This document shows positions 9,600 through 19,224 of a DNA stretch of 64,000 nucleotides, one piece after another; positions within the stretch are counted from its first letter, which is position 1, and every line of letters starts with the position of its first letter. The stretch comes from Dehalococcoidia bacterium. Lineage in GTDB: Bacteria; Chloroflexota; Dehalococcoidia; Lucifugimonadales; Australimonadaceae. The notes beneath the pieces were generated by a model. That model worked only from the letters and a program-made list of their open reading frames with translations, was not told the origin of the DNA and ran no database searches. The translations under genes and the position numbers were made by a program. Location of the stretch: the NCBI GenBank assembly GCA_963668465.1, contig OY764542.1, positions 2,688,520 to 2,752,519 of the forward strand, in the 5' to 3' direction.

Positions 9600-10872
9600 T
9601 GGCGATACGGCATTAGCGATCCTGTTGGTTCTTTCGGTAATGAGTTTCATGGGGCTGCACGCCGGGGTTGCGGGGCTGCCCCTGTTGAGGCGAGCAGCAG
9701 TGCGCGATGCTCTGCCCAGGTGGGGCCCCAGCGTGTCGGCGGTGCGCCACCTTCGCACCAGGCGCCTGGCGTATGAGGAGCTGATCTCGCTGCTGTTGCT
9801 CATGAGCGCGGCAGCCATATCTGCGTCCGCACTGGCCCTGGTCATGCGGGTCTTGTCGCTCCATTGGACGGCTATGGCCGGAGTGCTTATCGGCCTGTGG
9901 CTGCTGCTGCTGTTGCTGGTTCCCCTGGTGAAGTACATGGTGGAGCGTCTTCCGGTGGCGCAGTTGCTCATCTTCTGGGCGATCGGACAGACGTTGCTCT
10001 GGCCGCTGCTGCCCATCCGCCGGTTCTTCCGCTCCGGCCTGCGTTTTGCAGGCGGCGAGCAGGAGGCCGAACAGGGGGGGAGCAACGGCGCCGAGAACGG
10101 GACCCCTGTCCGGGACGTGCACGAGGAGATAGCGGAAGAACAGCTTGAATATCACGAACAAGAGATGATCCACGCGATCCTCCAGTTGGACGAGACGCTG
10201 GTGCGGGAGATCATGGCTCCCCGCGTCGACATCGTCAGCGTGGAGGCGGGCACTTCCATCGAACGCGCCGCAACGCGGATGCTGGACAGCGGCCACAGCC
10301 GCTTGCCGGTGTACGAGGACGTTCCGGACAACATCGTCGGCATCCTCTACAGCCGGGACCTGCTCGCTGCCGCCCTGGCCGGCGTTCAGGACCAGCAGCT
10401 ACGCGATCTCATGCGGCCCGCATTCTTCGTTCCGGAGAGCAAGCGCGTGGACGAGATGCTCACGGAGTTCCAGGCGCGCCGTATCCACATGGCCATCGTC
10501 GTCGACGAGTACGGAAGCACTGTCGGCATCGTCACGGTTGAGGACCTCATCGAGGAGATCGTTGGTGAGATAGAGGACGAGTTCGACAAGGGCCAACCGG
10601 ACATCCAGTGGATCTCTGACGACGCGGCGCTCGTCGAGGCGAAGATGCCGGTCGACGATTTCAGCGAGACGTTCGGTGTCGCGGTCGAGGGCGACGGGTT
10701 CGATACCGTCGGTGGCCTGCTGTTCAGCCGTCTGGGGAAGGTCCCGGCTGTGGGCGACCTGGTGGTGGAGAGTGGACTGGAACTGCGGGTGATGACGACG
10801 ATCGGCCGTCGCGTGAAGCGGGTGAAGGTCGTGCCCGCTCCCATAGAGGTGCCTGCGGGGGACGCTGACTAG
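9565..10872 (+). CDS. hemolysin-family (CNNM/DUF21 + CBS pair + CorC/HlyC) membrane protein
   Basis: 435-aa ORF. N-terminal TM region, CBS pair (IMAPRVDIVSV...GHSRLPVYED...) and a C-terminal CorC_HlyC-like domain. The true start may be TTG 9592, which has GGAGGAGGGG just upstream. Confidence 0.85.
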   Translation: MYRRRRGYPLDSGDTALAILLVLSVMSFMGLHAGVAGLPLLRRAAVRDALPRWGPSVSAVRHLRTRRLAYEELISLLLLMSAAAISASALALVMRVLSLHWTAMAGVLIGLWLLLLLLVPLVKYMVERLPVAQLLIFWAIGQTLLWPLLPIRRFFRSGLRFAGGEQEAEQGGSNGAENGTPVRDVHEEIAEEQLEYHEQEMIHAILQLDETLVREIMAPRVDIVSVEAGTSIERAATRMLDSGHSRLPVYEDVPDNIVGILYSRDLLAAALAGVQDQQLRDLMRPAFFVPESKRVDEMLTEFQARRIHMAIVVDEYGSTVGIVTVEDLIEEIVGEIEDEFDKGQPDIQWISDDAALVEAKMPVDDFSETFGVAVEGDGFDTVGGLLFSRLGKVPAVGDLVVESGLELRVMTTIGRRVKRVKVVPAPIEVPAGDAD

Positions 10873-11297
10873 GCTTACCCCTCGTTTGCGCCCCACGCGC
10901 TATTGGTCCTGGTCGTGGATGGCAATGGAATAGCTTGGCTGTCTGCGATGGCGGATGCCAACTGCGCTCGCGAACTCAACGCAGCCTCGGAATGAAGCGC
11001 GGATTCGCGGTGGACCCACATCCGCTTCTTCCCACGAAGCGTAAACCGCCCATCACCTCTGCCTCTCCTGACTTGCAGGGAGAGAGTCAGGGCATAGTGG
11101 CGCTCTGGCACAAGGGGGGCACAGTGGCGGGCGTAGGGGCGCCTCTCGTGAGAGCCCTCTGGGCATGGGATGGAGAGGTTTCGCTTATCCCGCGGCACCC
11201 TCAGGCGTAGGGGCAGATGAGAAGGGTTTGGGCGCTGCTTGTTGAGCGCTTGCCCGGTGCCCCCGTTATTCAGGGATCCCCCATGCAAAGGGCAACA

Positions 11298-11330
11298 AGA
11301 AGAGGCCTCGGACGCATCCGGGCCTCTTCT
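11298..11330. terminator. bidirectional hairpin terminator in convergent spacer
   Basis: AGAAGAGGCC(t)CGGA cgca TCCGGGCCTCTTCT forms a 14-bp stem with one bulge and a tetraloop. Moderately T-rich runs flank it on both strands. It lies 33 nt past the stop of the collagen-like gene. Confidence 0.5.
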
Positions 11331-11362
11331 CTGTTGTGCCTTGCGTACTCTACGTCAGGGGG

Positions 11363-11905
11363 TTACTTGATGAAGAGAGCAGCGCTCGCCTTGCCGCCGC
11401 CATCGCCGACAGCCTCGACCGAGTACATGCCTGCACCCAGCCCATCGTGCCTGACATCGACGGATGCCATTCCACCGGCATTGGCGGTTGCGGAGCCGAG
11501 GGATGTCGCGCTACCGTCGTCGGCCTTAAGGGTCACTTCGACGCTCTCGCCTTCGCCGAAGCCGGTGAGCGCAGCGGTCGTGCTGACAGGCAGGTCAGCG
11601 TTGAAGGTGTCGCGTACCAGCTTGACGTTTGCGGCAGACGAGTCGCCGTCAACGCCGGGGACACCAGGAACGCCGGGGACGCCAGGCGTACCGGGGGCGC
11701 CATCCGCGCCGTCGGCGCCATCCGCACCATCCGCGCCAGCGGCGCCAGCGGGACCAGCGGGACCAGCGGGACCTGCAGCGCCATCAGCGCCAGCGGGGCC
11801 TGGCGGGCCTTGCGCACCGTCAGGGCCGGTGCATGCGGCCAACAGCAGGCCGAAGATTGCCACGAGGAGTACCAGGGACATGCTCTTGAGGCTGAAGCGG
11901 TTCAT
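11363..11905 (-). CDS. collagen-like repeat lipoprotein with conserved ~90-aa C-terminal domain
   Basis: Start moved to MNRFSLKS (ATG 11905, preceded by AAAGGGGG). Lipobox LLLAAC, then 20 uninterrupted Gly-X-Y triplets, then a C-terminal domain paralogous to the product of 12185-12622. Confidence 0.75.
   Translation of the reverse strand: MNRFSLKSMSLVLLVAIFGLLLAACTGPDGAQGPPGPAGADGAAGPAGPAGPAGAAGADGADGADGADGAPGTPGVPGVPGVPGVDGDSSAANVKLVRDTFNADLPVSTTAALTGFGEGESVEVTLKADDGSATSLGSATANAGGMASVDVRHDGLGAGMYSVEAVGDGGGKASAALFIK
11648..11827 (-). repeat. in-frame (GXY)20 collagen-like triplet repeat
   Basis: GPDGAQGPPGPAGADGAAGPAGPAGPAGAAGADGADGADGADGAPGTPGVPGVPGVPGVDG, read directly from the translation. 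Confidence 0.9.
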
Positions 11906-12184
11906 CGAACCCCCTTTCCGAATCGTACGAGGTGGCCATCCGGGGGACAGCTTCTGTGTCTGAAGCCCACCACCATCAAGTCCTTTACGAACAACCGTCA
12001 TGAATCATAGTAAGGCGACACTCTCAGGTCAATACTTTTCGACGCGCTTGTAATGCGCTTCCGTGCAACCGCCAAGTGCGGCGTCGTCCGGGGAGCGCAC
12101 GCGGAAAGCATACACGGTACCCCGCTGTTTGGCGATACGCCGGTGGCACTTGATTGGGCTGGGAGGTAATGCATGCGAGGATGA

Positions 12185-12622
12185 TCACTTGACGACGAGC
12201 AGGGTGCCAGCTCTGGCGCCTCTTTCCGTACGGGCCAGGACGGAGAAGGTGTCAGGAGGCAGGCCGTCGTGCCGGATTTCTAAAGATGCTTGGCCGTTCC
12301 GGTTGGCGGTGGCCGAGCCCACAGGCGTCTGCGTCCTGTCGCTCCCGATCAGCACAATCTCGATCTCCTCGCCGGGCTGGAAGCAGACGAGCGCGACTTC
12401 TGTAGATATGGGCAGGTTAGCTGAGAAGGTGTTACGGACCAGAATGACAACCTCTGATGAACACTCCGCATCGCGTTCGTTGATGCCGGGGATGGTCTGT
12501 GCGGGGAGCGGAGTCGGTGTGGGGAGCCGAGTCGGCGTGGCCTCCGCTCGGCAACCCGTCACCAGCAGGCTGATGGCGATGGCCAGGAGCACGAGCACAC
12601 CATAGAAGTTGAAGCGATACAT
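12185..12622 (-). CDS. lipoprotein, paralog of the C-terminal domain of the collagen-like protein
   Basis: 145-aa ORF with signal peptide and lipobox LLVTGC and a Pro/Thr linker. The domain aligns with the neighbour (LVRNTFSANLPIST / LVRDTFNADLPVST; GSATANRNGQASLEIRHDGL / GSATANAGGMASVDVRHDGL). Confidence 0.7.
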   Translation of the reverse strand: MYRFNFYGVLVLLAIAISLLVTGCRAEATPTRLPTPTPLPAQTIPGINERDAECSSEVVILVRNTFSANLPISTEVALVCFQPGEEIEIVLIGSDRTQTPVGSATANRNGQASLEIRHDGLPPDTFSVLARTERGARAGTLLVVK

Positions 12623-12677
12623 GGGATGACCCCTGAGGCGAATGGGCGGCAGGCATTGGAGTATACGTGCGATACCC

Positions 12678-12704
12678 TTGGATGGTTCCCGCGTACGCTA
12701 TACT
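12678..12704 (+). promoter_or_regulatory. candidate promoter for tRNA-Arg
   Basis: TTGGAT (12678-12683) and TATACT (12699-12704) with a 15-nt spacer. The -10 element ends 9 nt before the mature tRNA 5-prime end. Confidence 0.4.
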
Positions 12705-12713
12705 TTGGCCCAT

Positions 12714-12788
12714 GCCCCCGTAGCTCAGTGGATAGAGCACCGGCCTCCGGAGCCGGTGGCGGGAGTTCGAGTCTCCCCGGGGGTGCCA
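12714..12788 (+). tRNA. tRNA-Arg (anticodon CCG)
   Basis: GCCCCCGTAGCTCAGTGGATAGAGCACCGGCCTCCGGAGCCGGTGGCGGGAGTTCGAGTCTCCCCGGGGGTGCCA. Cloverleaf with anticodon loop CTCCGGA and an encoded CCA. Confidence 0.93.
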
Positions 12789-12829
12789 CCTTCCGCTCCG
12801 ATCTCGCCGGAGCCGCAAGAGGTTCTTCC

Positions 12830-15436
12830 ATGACCACGACTTCGTCCACACGCCTGCCGGAGAACGTCCGTCCGGTGCACTACCGCCTGACACTGGAGCC
12901 TGACCTCGATTCGTTCACGTTCGTAGGACGCGAGGAGATCGAGGTGACGATTGAGTCGCCCACCTCCGACGTGACGCTGAACGCGTCCGAGATGAACGTC
13001 TCCCGCGCCGTAGCGGAAGCAGCGGGTGGCGAGTCAGAGGCGACCGCCATCGAACACGATGAGGAGCAGGAACGCGTAACGCTCCGCTTCGCGTCCCCGC
13101 TTCCGGCCGGCCAAGCCGTGCTGCGCCTGGACTTCACCGGTGAGCTGAACGACCAGCTGCGCGGTTTCTACCGCAGCTCCTACGTGGACAGCGAAGGCGT
13201 CGAGCGGCGCCTCGCTACCACGCAGTTCGAGGCCACGGACGCCCGTCGCGCGCTCCCCTGCTGGGACGAACCCTCGGTGAAGGCGTCGTTCGATGTCACG
13301 CTCGTCGTGCCGGAGGAATTGGAGGCGATCTCCAACATGCCCATAGCTTCCACGGAGCCCGCGTCAGGTGGCCGCAAGGCCGTCACGTTCGAGCGGACGC
13401 CCGCGATGTCTACCTACCTCCTCGCGTTCATCGTGGGCGACATGGCATGCGTTCAAGGGCACGCCGTCGATGGCACGCTGGTGCGCGTCTGGGCGACGCG
13501 CGGCAAGGAAGAGTTGGGCCGTTTCGCGCTGGAGAACAGCATCGCCGCGCTCCGCTACATGAACGACTACTTCGGCATCCCGTACCCGCTGGCGAAGATG
13601 GACCACATCGCGGTGCCGGACTTCGCCGCAGGCGCGATGGAGAACTGGGGCGCGATCACCTACAGGGAGACCGCGCTGCTCTATGACCCTGAAAACTCCG
13701 CCCCGCAGGCGAAGCAGCGGATACTGGAAGTCGTCGCGCACGAGATGGCGCACATGTGGTTCGGCGACCTCGTGACGATGGAGTGGTGGGACGATCTCTG
13801 GCTCAACGAATCGTTCGCCTCATGGATGGGCGACAAGACGGTCGACCACCTCTACCCGGAATGGGAGATGTGGACGCAGTTCGTTTCCCACGACACGAAC
13901 GCCGCGCTCGGTCTGGACGGCCTGCGCAACTCCCACCCCATCGAGGCCAACGTGGACGACCCCGCGGAGATCCGCGAGTTGTTCGACGCCATCAGCTACA
14001 GCAAGGGCGGCTCCGTCCTCCGCATGCTCGAGGACTACGTCGGCGCTGAGACGTTCCGCAAGGGGCTGCACGCCTACCTGAGCGGCCACGCCTACGGCAA
14101 CGCGCGCGGCGCGCACCTGTGGGACGCCATCAACACGGCGGCGGAGGCAGAGGGCCTCGGGCTCGGTGTGCCGGTCGTTCCGCTGATGGAAGCGTGGATC
14201 AAGCAGACCGGCTACCCGGTGCTTACTACGGAGATAGCGCGAGGGGCGGAGCAGGCAGAAGCAACTGTCGAGCAGTCCCGCTTCCTCTACGACCACCTGC
14301 TCGGCGAGGCGGCGGACGCGGCGCTCTGGCCGGTGCCCGTCTCGATAGCGCACGGCGGGAACGGTGCGCCCTCCAAGCACGTCCTCTCTGGCGAGGGCGC
14401 GCGATTCGCGACCGGCGCAGGCGCCGATTGGGTGAAGCTCAACGCTGGGCAGACCGGCTTCTTCCGTGTCGCCTACACCGAGGAGGAGTGGCGCAGGTTG
14501 GGCGAAGCGATCGCCGTGGGCGCGCTGCCGCCCGTCGACCGGCTCGGCCTGCAGAACGACGCCTACGCGCTGGTGAAGTCCGGCCACCTGCTTGCGACCG
14601 TGTTCCTCGAGTTGGCCGAGTCGTTCGTTGGCGAGACGGACGCCATCGTGTGGGGCGACCTTGCGGCGAACCTGCGCGGGATGGAGAGCCTCCTCGCCTC
14701 CACACCGCACCTCGACGCGTTCCGCACGTACGCGCGTTCCTTGTTCGCGCGTATCGCAGCACAGGTGGGTTGGGACGCGCAGCCCGGCGACGGCCATCTG
14801 GAGTCGCTGCGCCGCAGCATCGTCATCAACCAGTTCGGCGGCTATGGAGACGAGGGAACGCTCGCCGAGGCGCTTACGCGGTTCCGCAAGCACGCGAGCG
14901 GGGAGCAGACGCTCGTGCCCGACATGCGTGCCGCTGCGTTCGGCCTGTCGTCACAACAGTCGGGACGAGACGTCGCCGATGCGCTCTGGCGCCTCTACGA
15001 CACTGCCGACCTGCACGAGGAGAAGGTGCGCATCCTCGGTGCGCTGACGCGCACACGCGACAGCGAACTCCTCGCCGACCTGCTCGACCAGTCTCTGAGC
15101 GAGAGGGTGCGTTCTCAGGACACACCAATCGTCCTCATTCAGGCCGGCGCCAGTCCTGACGGACGCGAGCAGACGTGGAAGTTCGTACGGGACAACTGGG
15201 GCGAGCTGGACCGGCGCTACGGAAAAGGCGGGTTCGCAATCATGCGTCTCGTTGGCATCGCAGCCGGCTTCGCCAGCGCGGAACGCGAGGCAGAGACGCG
15301 CAAGTTCTTCGAAACGCACCCTGCGCCGTCTGCCGCGCGCTCGGTCCAGCAGTCGTTGGAGAGCATCCGGCTCAACACGAAGTGGGTGGAATTGAACGCG
15401 GAAACGGCGGGAGCATGGCTCGCATCGCGCCCCTGA
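12830..15436 (+). CDS. pepN: M1 family aminopeptidase N
   Basis: GAMENWG exopeptidase motif and HEMAHMWFGDLVTMEWWDDLWLNESFA zinc motif. Start set to ATG 12830 (MTTTSSTRLPENVRPVHY) because the track ORF begins upstream of and across tRNA-Arg. Confidence 0.92.
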   Translation: MTTTSSTRLPENVRPVHYRLTLEPDLDSFTFVGREEIEVTIESPTSDVTLNASEMNVSRAVAEAAGGESEATAIEHDEEQERVTLRFASPLPAGQAVLRLDFTGELNDQLRGFYRSSYVDSEGVERRLATTQFEATDARRALPCWDEPSVKASFDVTLVVPEELEAISNMPIASTEPASGGRKAVTFERTPAMSTYLLAFIVGDMACVQGHAVDGTLVRVWATRGKEELGRFALENSIAALRYMNDYFGIPYPLAKMDHIAVPDFAAGAMENWGAITYRETALLYDPENSAPQAKQRILEVVAHEMAHMWFGDLVTMEWWDDLWLNESFASWMGDKTVDHLYPEWEMWTQFVSHDTNAALGLDGLRNSHPIEANVDDPAEIRELFDAISYSKGGSVLRMLEDYVGAETFRKGLHAYLSGHAYGNARGAHLWDAINTAAEAEGLGLGVPVVPLMEAWIKQTGYPVLTTEIARGAEQAEATVEQSRFLYDHLLGEAADAALWPVPVSIAHGGNGAPSKHVLSGEGARFATGAGADWVKLNAGQTGFFRVAYTEEEWRRLGEAIAVGALPPVDRLGLQNDAYALVKSGHLLATVFLELAESFVGETDAIVWGDLAANLRGMESLLASTPHLDAFRTYARSLFARIAAQVGWDAQPGDGHLESLRRSIVINQFGGYGDEGTLAEALTRFRKHASGEQTLVPDMRAAAFGLSSQQSGRDVADALWRLYDTADLHEEKVRILGALTRTRDSELLADLLDQSLSERVRSQDTPIVLIQAGASPDGREQTWKFVRDNWGELDRRYGKGGFAIMRLVGIAAGFASAEREAETRKFFETHPAPSAARSVQQSLESIRLNTKWVELNAETAGAWLASRP

Positions 15437-15526
15437 CGCGCGTCCGCTCTCGTTGTTCGTGGAAGGGCGGCTTTGCTATAGTTGTAGGACGTTCCGAGAT
15501 TCCCGAGGCAGGTGAAAACAACATCC

Positions 15527-17233
15527 ATGGTTGACCATGACGTTCTGGTTGTGGGGGCGGGGCTGGCAGGGATGAGGGCCGCGATCGCAGCGCACCGGGT
15601 GGGCGCGAACGTGGCGATGATGAGCAAAGTGCACCCGGTGCGGAGCCATTCGAATGCTGCTCAGGGCGGCATCAACGCGGCGCTCCGCGGTGAAGACGAC
15701 TCCGTCGATTCCCATATCTTCGACACGGTGAAGGGCTCCGACTACCTCGGAGACCAGGACGCCATCGAATACATGTGCATCGAAGCGCCGGGCGAGATCA
15801 TCGCGCTGGAGCACATGGGTGTCATCTTCAATCGCGATGACGAAGGCCGGCTGGGGACGCGGGCGTTCGGCGGCGCGAGTTACGCGCGCACCTTCTTCGT
15901 GGCCGACATCACGGGGCAGGCGATCCTGCACGTCATGTACGAGCAGATCATCAAGGCCGGCGTCCGCTCCTACGAGGAATGGTTCGTCACCGACCTCATC
16001 ATCGAGGACGGCCAGTGCCGCGGCGTCATCGCTATGGAGATGCTCACCGGCAAGATTCGAGCCATCACAGCCAAGGCGGTCATCCTCGCCGCTGGCGGAG
16101 TCGGCAGAGCGTTCGAACCGAGCACCAACGCCCTCATCTGCACCGGCGACGGCATGGCGCTTGCCTACCGCGCGGGCGCGACGATGTTGGACATGGAGAT
16201 GGTGCAATACCACCCGACGACCCTTGCAGGCAACGGCGTGCTTCTCTCGGAAGCGGCACGCGGCGAGGGTGCATACCTGCTCAACTCCAAGGGCGAGCGC
16301 TTCATGGAGCATTACGCTCCCAAGATGAAGGAGTTGGCCTCCCGCGACGTGGTTTCCCGCTCCGAACAGACGGAGATCGAAGCGGGACGCGGGGTCGACG
16401 GCTGCGTGCTGCTGGACCTGCGCCACCTCGGACGGGAACTGATCCTCACGAAACTCAAGTACATCCATGAAGCCGCGCGGGACTACGCGGGCGTTGACAT
16501 GGTGGATGAGCCCGTGCCCATCAGGCCGGGCCAGCACTACATCATGGGTGGCATCAAGACGGACGTGGACACCCGGGCGTGGGACATCACCGGCAGCGCC
16601 GGTTGGGACGGCCCGCGCGGGCTGTTCGCTGCAGGCGAAACGGCATGCGTCAGCGTGCACGGTGGGAACCGCCTCGGCGCGAACTCGCTGCTGGAGACGG
16701 TTGTCTTCGGGAAGCGCGCGGGCGAGGTCGCTACTGACTATGCGCGTGAAACGCCGGACTTCACCGTCTCCGAATCGCATCTGAAGGAAGCGGAGGGGCG
16801 CATCAAAGCGCTGATGGACCGTCCTGACAACGGCGAGATGACTGCAACCCTGCGGCTCCGCATGGGCCAGGTGATGAACGAGCACCTCGCCGTGTTCCGC
16901 ACGGAAGAGGGTATGCAGACCGCGCTCAGCAACATACACCTGCTGAAGGAGCGGTACGCGTCTCTGCCGGTGAAGCACAAGGGCAGCGTCTACAACACGG
17001 ACCTCATCTTCCACATGGAGCTCGGCTACATGCTGGACGTATCGGAGACGATCGCGGCGTCCGGCCTGCTCCGCAAGGAGAGCCGCGGGGCGCACTTCCG
17101 CCGGGACATCCCGGAGCGCAACGACGCGGACTGGATGAAGCACACTACTGCACGCCTCGGCGACAGTGGCGCGGAAGTGGGAACGCTGCCCGTGTCGGTG
17201 ACGCGGTGGGAACCCCAGGCGAGGGTCTACTAG
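15527..17233 (+). CDS. sdhA: succinate dehydrogenase / fumarate reductase flavoprotein subunit
   Basis: MVDHDVLVVGAGLAGMRAA FAD fold, RSHSNAAQGGINA covalent-FAD His region, HYIMGGI and RGAHFRRD motifs. GTG 15512 is an alternative start. Confidence 0.92.
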   Translation: MVDHDVLVVGAGLAGMRAAIAAHRVGANVAMMSKVHPVRSHSNAAQGGINAALRGEDDSVDSHIFDTVKGSDYLGDQDAIEYMCIEAPGEIIALEHMGVIFNRDDEGRLGTRAFGGASYARTFFVADITGQAILHVMYEQIIKAGVRSYEEWFVTDLIIEDGQCRGVIAMEMLTGKIRAITAKAVILAAGGVGRAFEPSTNALICTGDGMALAYRAGATMLDMEMVQYHPTTLAGNGVLLSEAARGEGAYLLNSKGERFMEHYAPKMKELASRDVVSRSEQTEIEAGRGVDGCVLLDLRHLGRELILTKLKYIHEAARDYAGVDMVDEPVPIRPGQHYIMGGIKTDVDTRAWDITGSAGWDGPRGLFAAGETACVSVHGGNRLGANSLLETVVFGKRAGEVATDYARETPDFTVSESHLKEAEGRIKALMDRPDNGEMTATLRLRMGQVMNEHLAVFRTEEGMQTALSNIHLLKERYASLPVKHKGSVYNTDLIFHMELGYMLDVSETIAASGLLRKESRGAHFRRDIPERNDADWMKHTTARLGDSGAEVGTLPVSVTRWEPQARVY

Positions 17234-17326
17234 GTGCGAGCGCGCTTCCCGCTCTGGCGGCGGGACGATATTGAGGCAGGGCGGGCTCGCTGCCGTTGTT
17301 CAGGATAGAGGGAGGAACGAGACTAC

Positions 17327-18283
17327 ATGCAGGCGAAGTTACGGGTTCAGCGGTACGACCCTGAGAGTTCCGACCAGCCCCATCTGCAGGACTACGACGT
17401 TGATGTGCCGGAGCACTTCTCAGTGCTGGACGCGCTCGTCAAAGTGCGCGAGGAGATAGACCCAAGCCTTGCGCTGCGCTGCTCCTGCCGCGCGGCCATC
17501 TGCGGCTCCTGCGCGATGCGCGTGAACGACCGCGCTCGGCTTGCCTGCAACACGCGCATCACCTCGGTCATCGATGAGGGCGGCGAGGTGAAGGTCGAGC
17601 CGATGGGCAATCAGCGGGTCGTGAAGGACCTGGTGATCGACCTGCAACTGTTCTGGGGCAAGGTGCGCGCGGTGGAGCCGTACCTCCAGCCGGACCAGGA
17701 GCCGGAGGAGGAGTTCATCGCCTCCAACGAGTCCATGCTCAACCTGCTCACACCCATGGGCTGCATCATGTGCGGCGCGTGCGTGTCCGACTGCACGGCA
17801 CTGGAAGTGGACGAGAACTTCCTCGGCCCCGCAGCGCTGGCGAAGTCGTACCGGTTCGTCGCCGACCCTAGGGACGACCAGGGGAAGCAGCGCCTCAGCA
17901 CCCTAAACGAGTACGGCGGCGTGTGGGACTGCACGCGCTGCTACATGTGCGTTGAGGTCTGCCCGAAGGGCGTCGCGCCGATGGACCGCATCATGGAGCT
18001 ACGGGAATCGGTGATGCAGTCCGGCGCGCCGAGCACCTCCGGATCGCGGCACGTCGAGTCCTTCGCGCGCTCGGTGGCCCGCACCGGCTGGCTGGACGAG
18101 GCGATGCTTGCCGTGGATTCCTGGGGCAAATTCAACGTGCCGAAACTGCTGAGCGAAGCGCCACTGGGCATCCGCGCGCTGCGCAGGCGCAAGTTCCCGC
18201 TGCCCGCACCGCTGCACCACAAGCGCCCGGGGCATGAGAACGTCCGCCGCATCTTCGAACGCGCGGAAGCAACCAAGGAGTAG
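17327..18283 (+). CDS. sdhB: succinate dehydrogenase / fumarate reductase iron-sulfur subunit (C-terminally extended)
   Basis: 2Fe-2S motif CSCRAAICGSCAMRVN, plus CIMCGACVSDC and CTRCYMCVEVCP cluster motifs. Preceded by GGGAGGA. Confidence 0.9.
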   Translation: MQAKLRVQRYDPESSDQPHLQDYDVDVPEHFSVLDALVKVREEIDPSLALRCSCRAAICGSCAMRVNDRARLACNTRITSVIDEGGEVKVEPMGNQRVVKDLVIDLQLFWGKVRAVEPYLQPDQEPEEEFIASNESMLNLLTPMGCIMCGACVSDCTALEVDENFLGPAALAKSYRFVADPRDDQGKQRLSTLNEYGGVWDCTRCYMCVEVCPKGVAPMDRIMELRESVMQSGAPSTSGSRHVESFARSVARTGWLDEAMLAVDSWGKFNVPKLLSEAPLGIRALRRRKFPLPAPLHHKRPGHENVRRIFERAEATKE

Positions 18284-18286
18284 TTG

Positions 18287-19174
18287 ATGAAGTACGCTTT
18301 CTATCCCGGATGCGTATCGCGCGGGGGAACGCCCGAGCTGTACACGTCCACCATGGCCATCGCCGGGGAACTCGGCCTGGAGCTGGAGGAGATTCACGGC
18401 GCGTCCTGCACAGGCGCCGGCGTGCTGCAGGAGAAGGGCCAGAAGCTCGGCGACACGCTCAACGCCCGCACGTTCGCGATGGCGGAGCGCATGGGGCTCA
18501 CGACCATCCTCAACATCTGCTCCACCTGCCAGGGCGTCATGGCGCAGGCGAACCATCGTTTGCTGGCAGACCCGGACTACCTCGCAGACGTGAACAGGGA
18601 ACTGCGCTACGAAGGCCTCGAATACACCGGGCGCGTCGTCATCAAGCACCTTGCCTGGGTGCTGGTCGAAGAGGTGGGCTTGGACGCGTTCAGGAACCTC
18701 GTGAAGAACCCGCTGCGTGAGCTGAAGGTCGCGCCGTTCTACGGCTGCTACATCCTGCGCCCGTCGTGGGCGCTGGGGCTCGACGAGAACCCAGGACGCG
18801 AGCAGTACCTGGAGCAGATTATCGAGGCGTGCGGCGCCGAGCCGGTGAACTTCCCCGGACGCACGAAGTGCTGCGGCTTCCCCATCATGCTCATCAACGA
18901 GCGCAATTCGATGAGGATGGTCGCGAACCACACGACGAGCGCCCGCGAGCACGGCGCCGACACGATGGTGACGCCGTGCCCGCTATGCCATCTGAACCTG
19001 GACGGCCAGCAGCCCAAGGCGTCCGCCCAGCGCGGCGAGAAGATCAACATGCCCATCCTGCATCTGCCTCAGATGATCGGCCTTGCGATGGGCCTCTCGC
19101 CGAAGCAACTCGGCATGGGCCAGCACATCATCAGCACGAAGCCGCTGCTGGAGAAGGCAAGCGTCCACGCCTAG
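18287..19174 (+). CDS. CCG-domain (HdrB/SdhE-like) subunit of non-classical succinate:quinone oxidoreductase
   Basis: Two Cys-rich CCG-type domains (CSTCQG ... KCCGFP ... CPLCHLN). AAGGAG lies 6 nt upstream of ATG 18287, immediately after the sdhB stop. Confidence 0.82.
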   Translation: MKYAFYPGCVSRGGTPELYTSTMAIAGELGLELEEIHGASCTGAGVLQEKGQKLGDTLNARTFAMAERMGLTTILNICSTCQGVMAQANHRLLADPDYLADVNRELRYEGLEYTGRVVIKHLAWVLVEEVGLDAFRNLVKNPLRELKVAPFYGCYILRPSWALGLDENPGREQYLEQIIEACGAEPVNFPGRTKCCGFPIMLINERNSMRMVANHTTSAREHGADTMVTPCPLCHLNLDGQQPKASAQRGEKINMPILHLPQMIGLAMGLSPKQLGMGQHIISTKPLLEKASVHA

Positions 19175-19224
19175 GGCGTCATCGCATCCCACGATTCCGT
19201 GTGAACAAGAGAGGGTAGTCAACG

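Noticed and set aside
11100-11140. CCCGCCACTGT on the minus strand resembling the cobalamin-riboswitch B12-box region
   Set aside because: The other conserved cobalamin-riboswitch elements (GGGAA...GGTG..AATCC) do not occur upstream of it in the required order. No downstream gene on that strand could be regulated, because the spacer is convergent.
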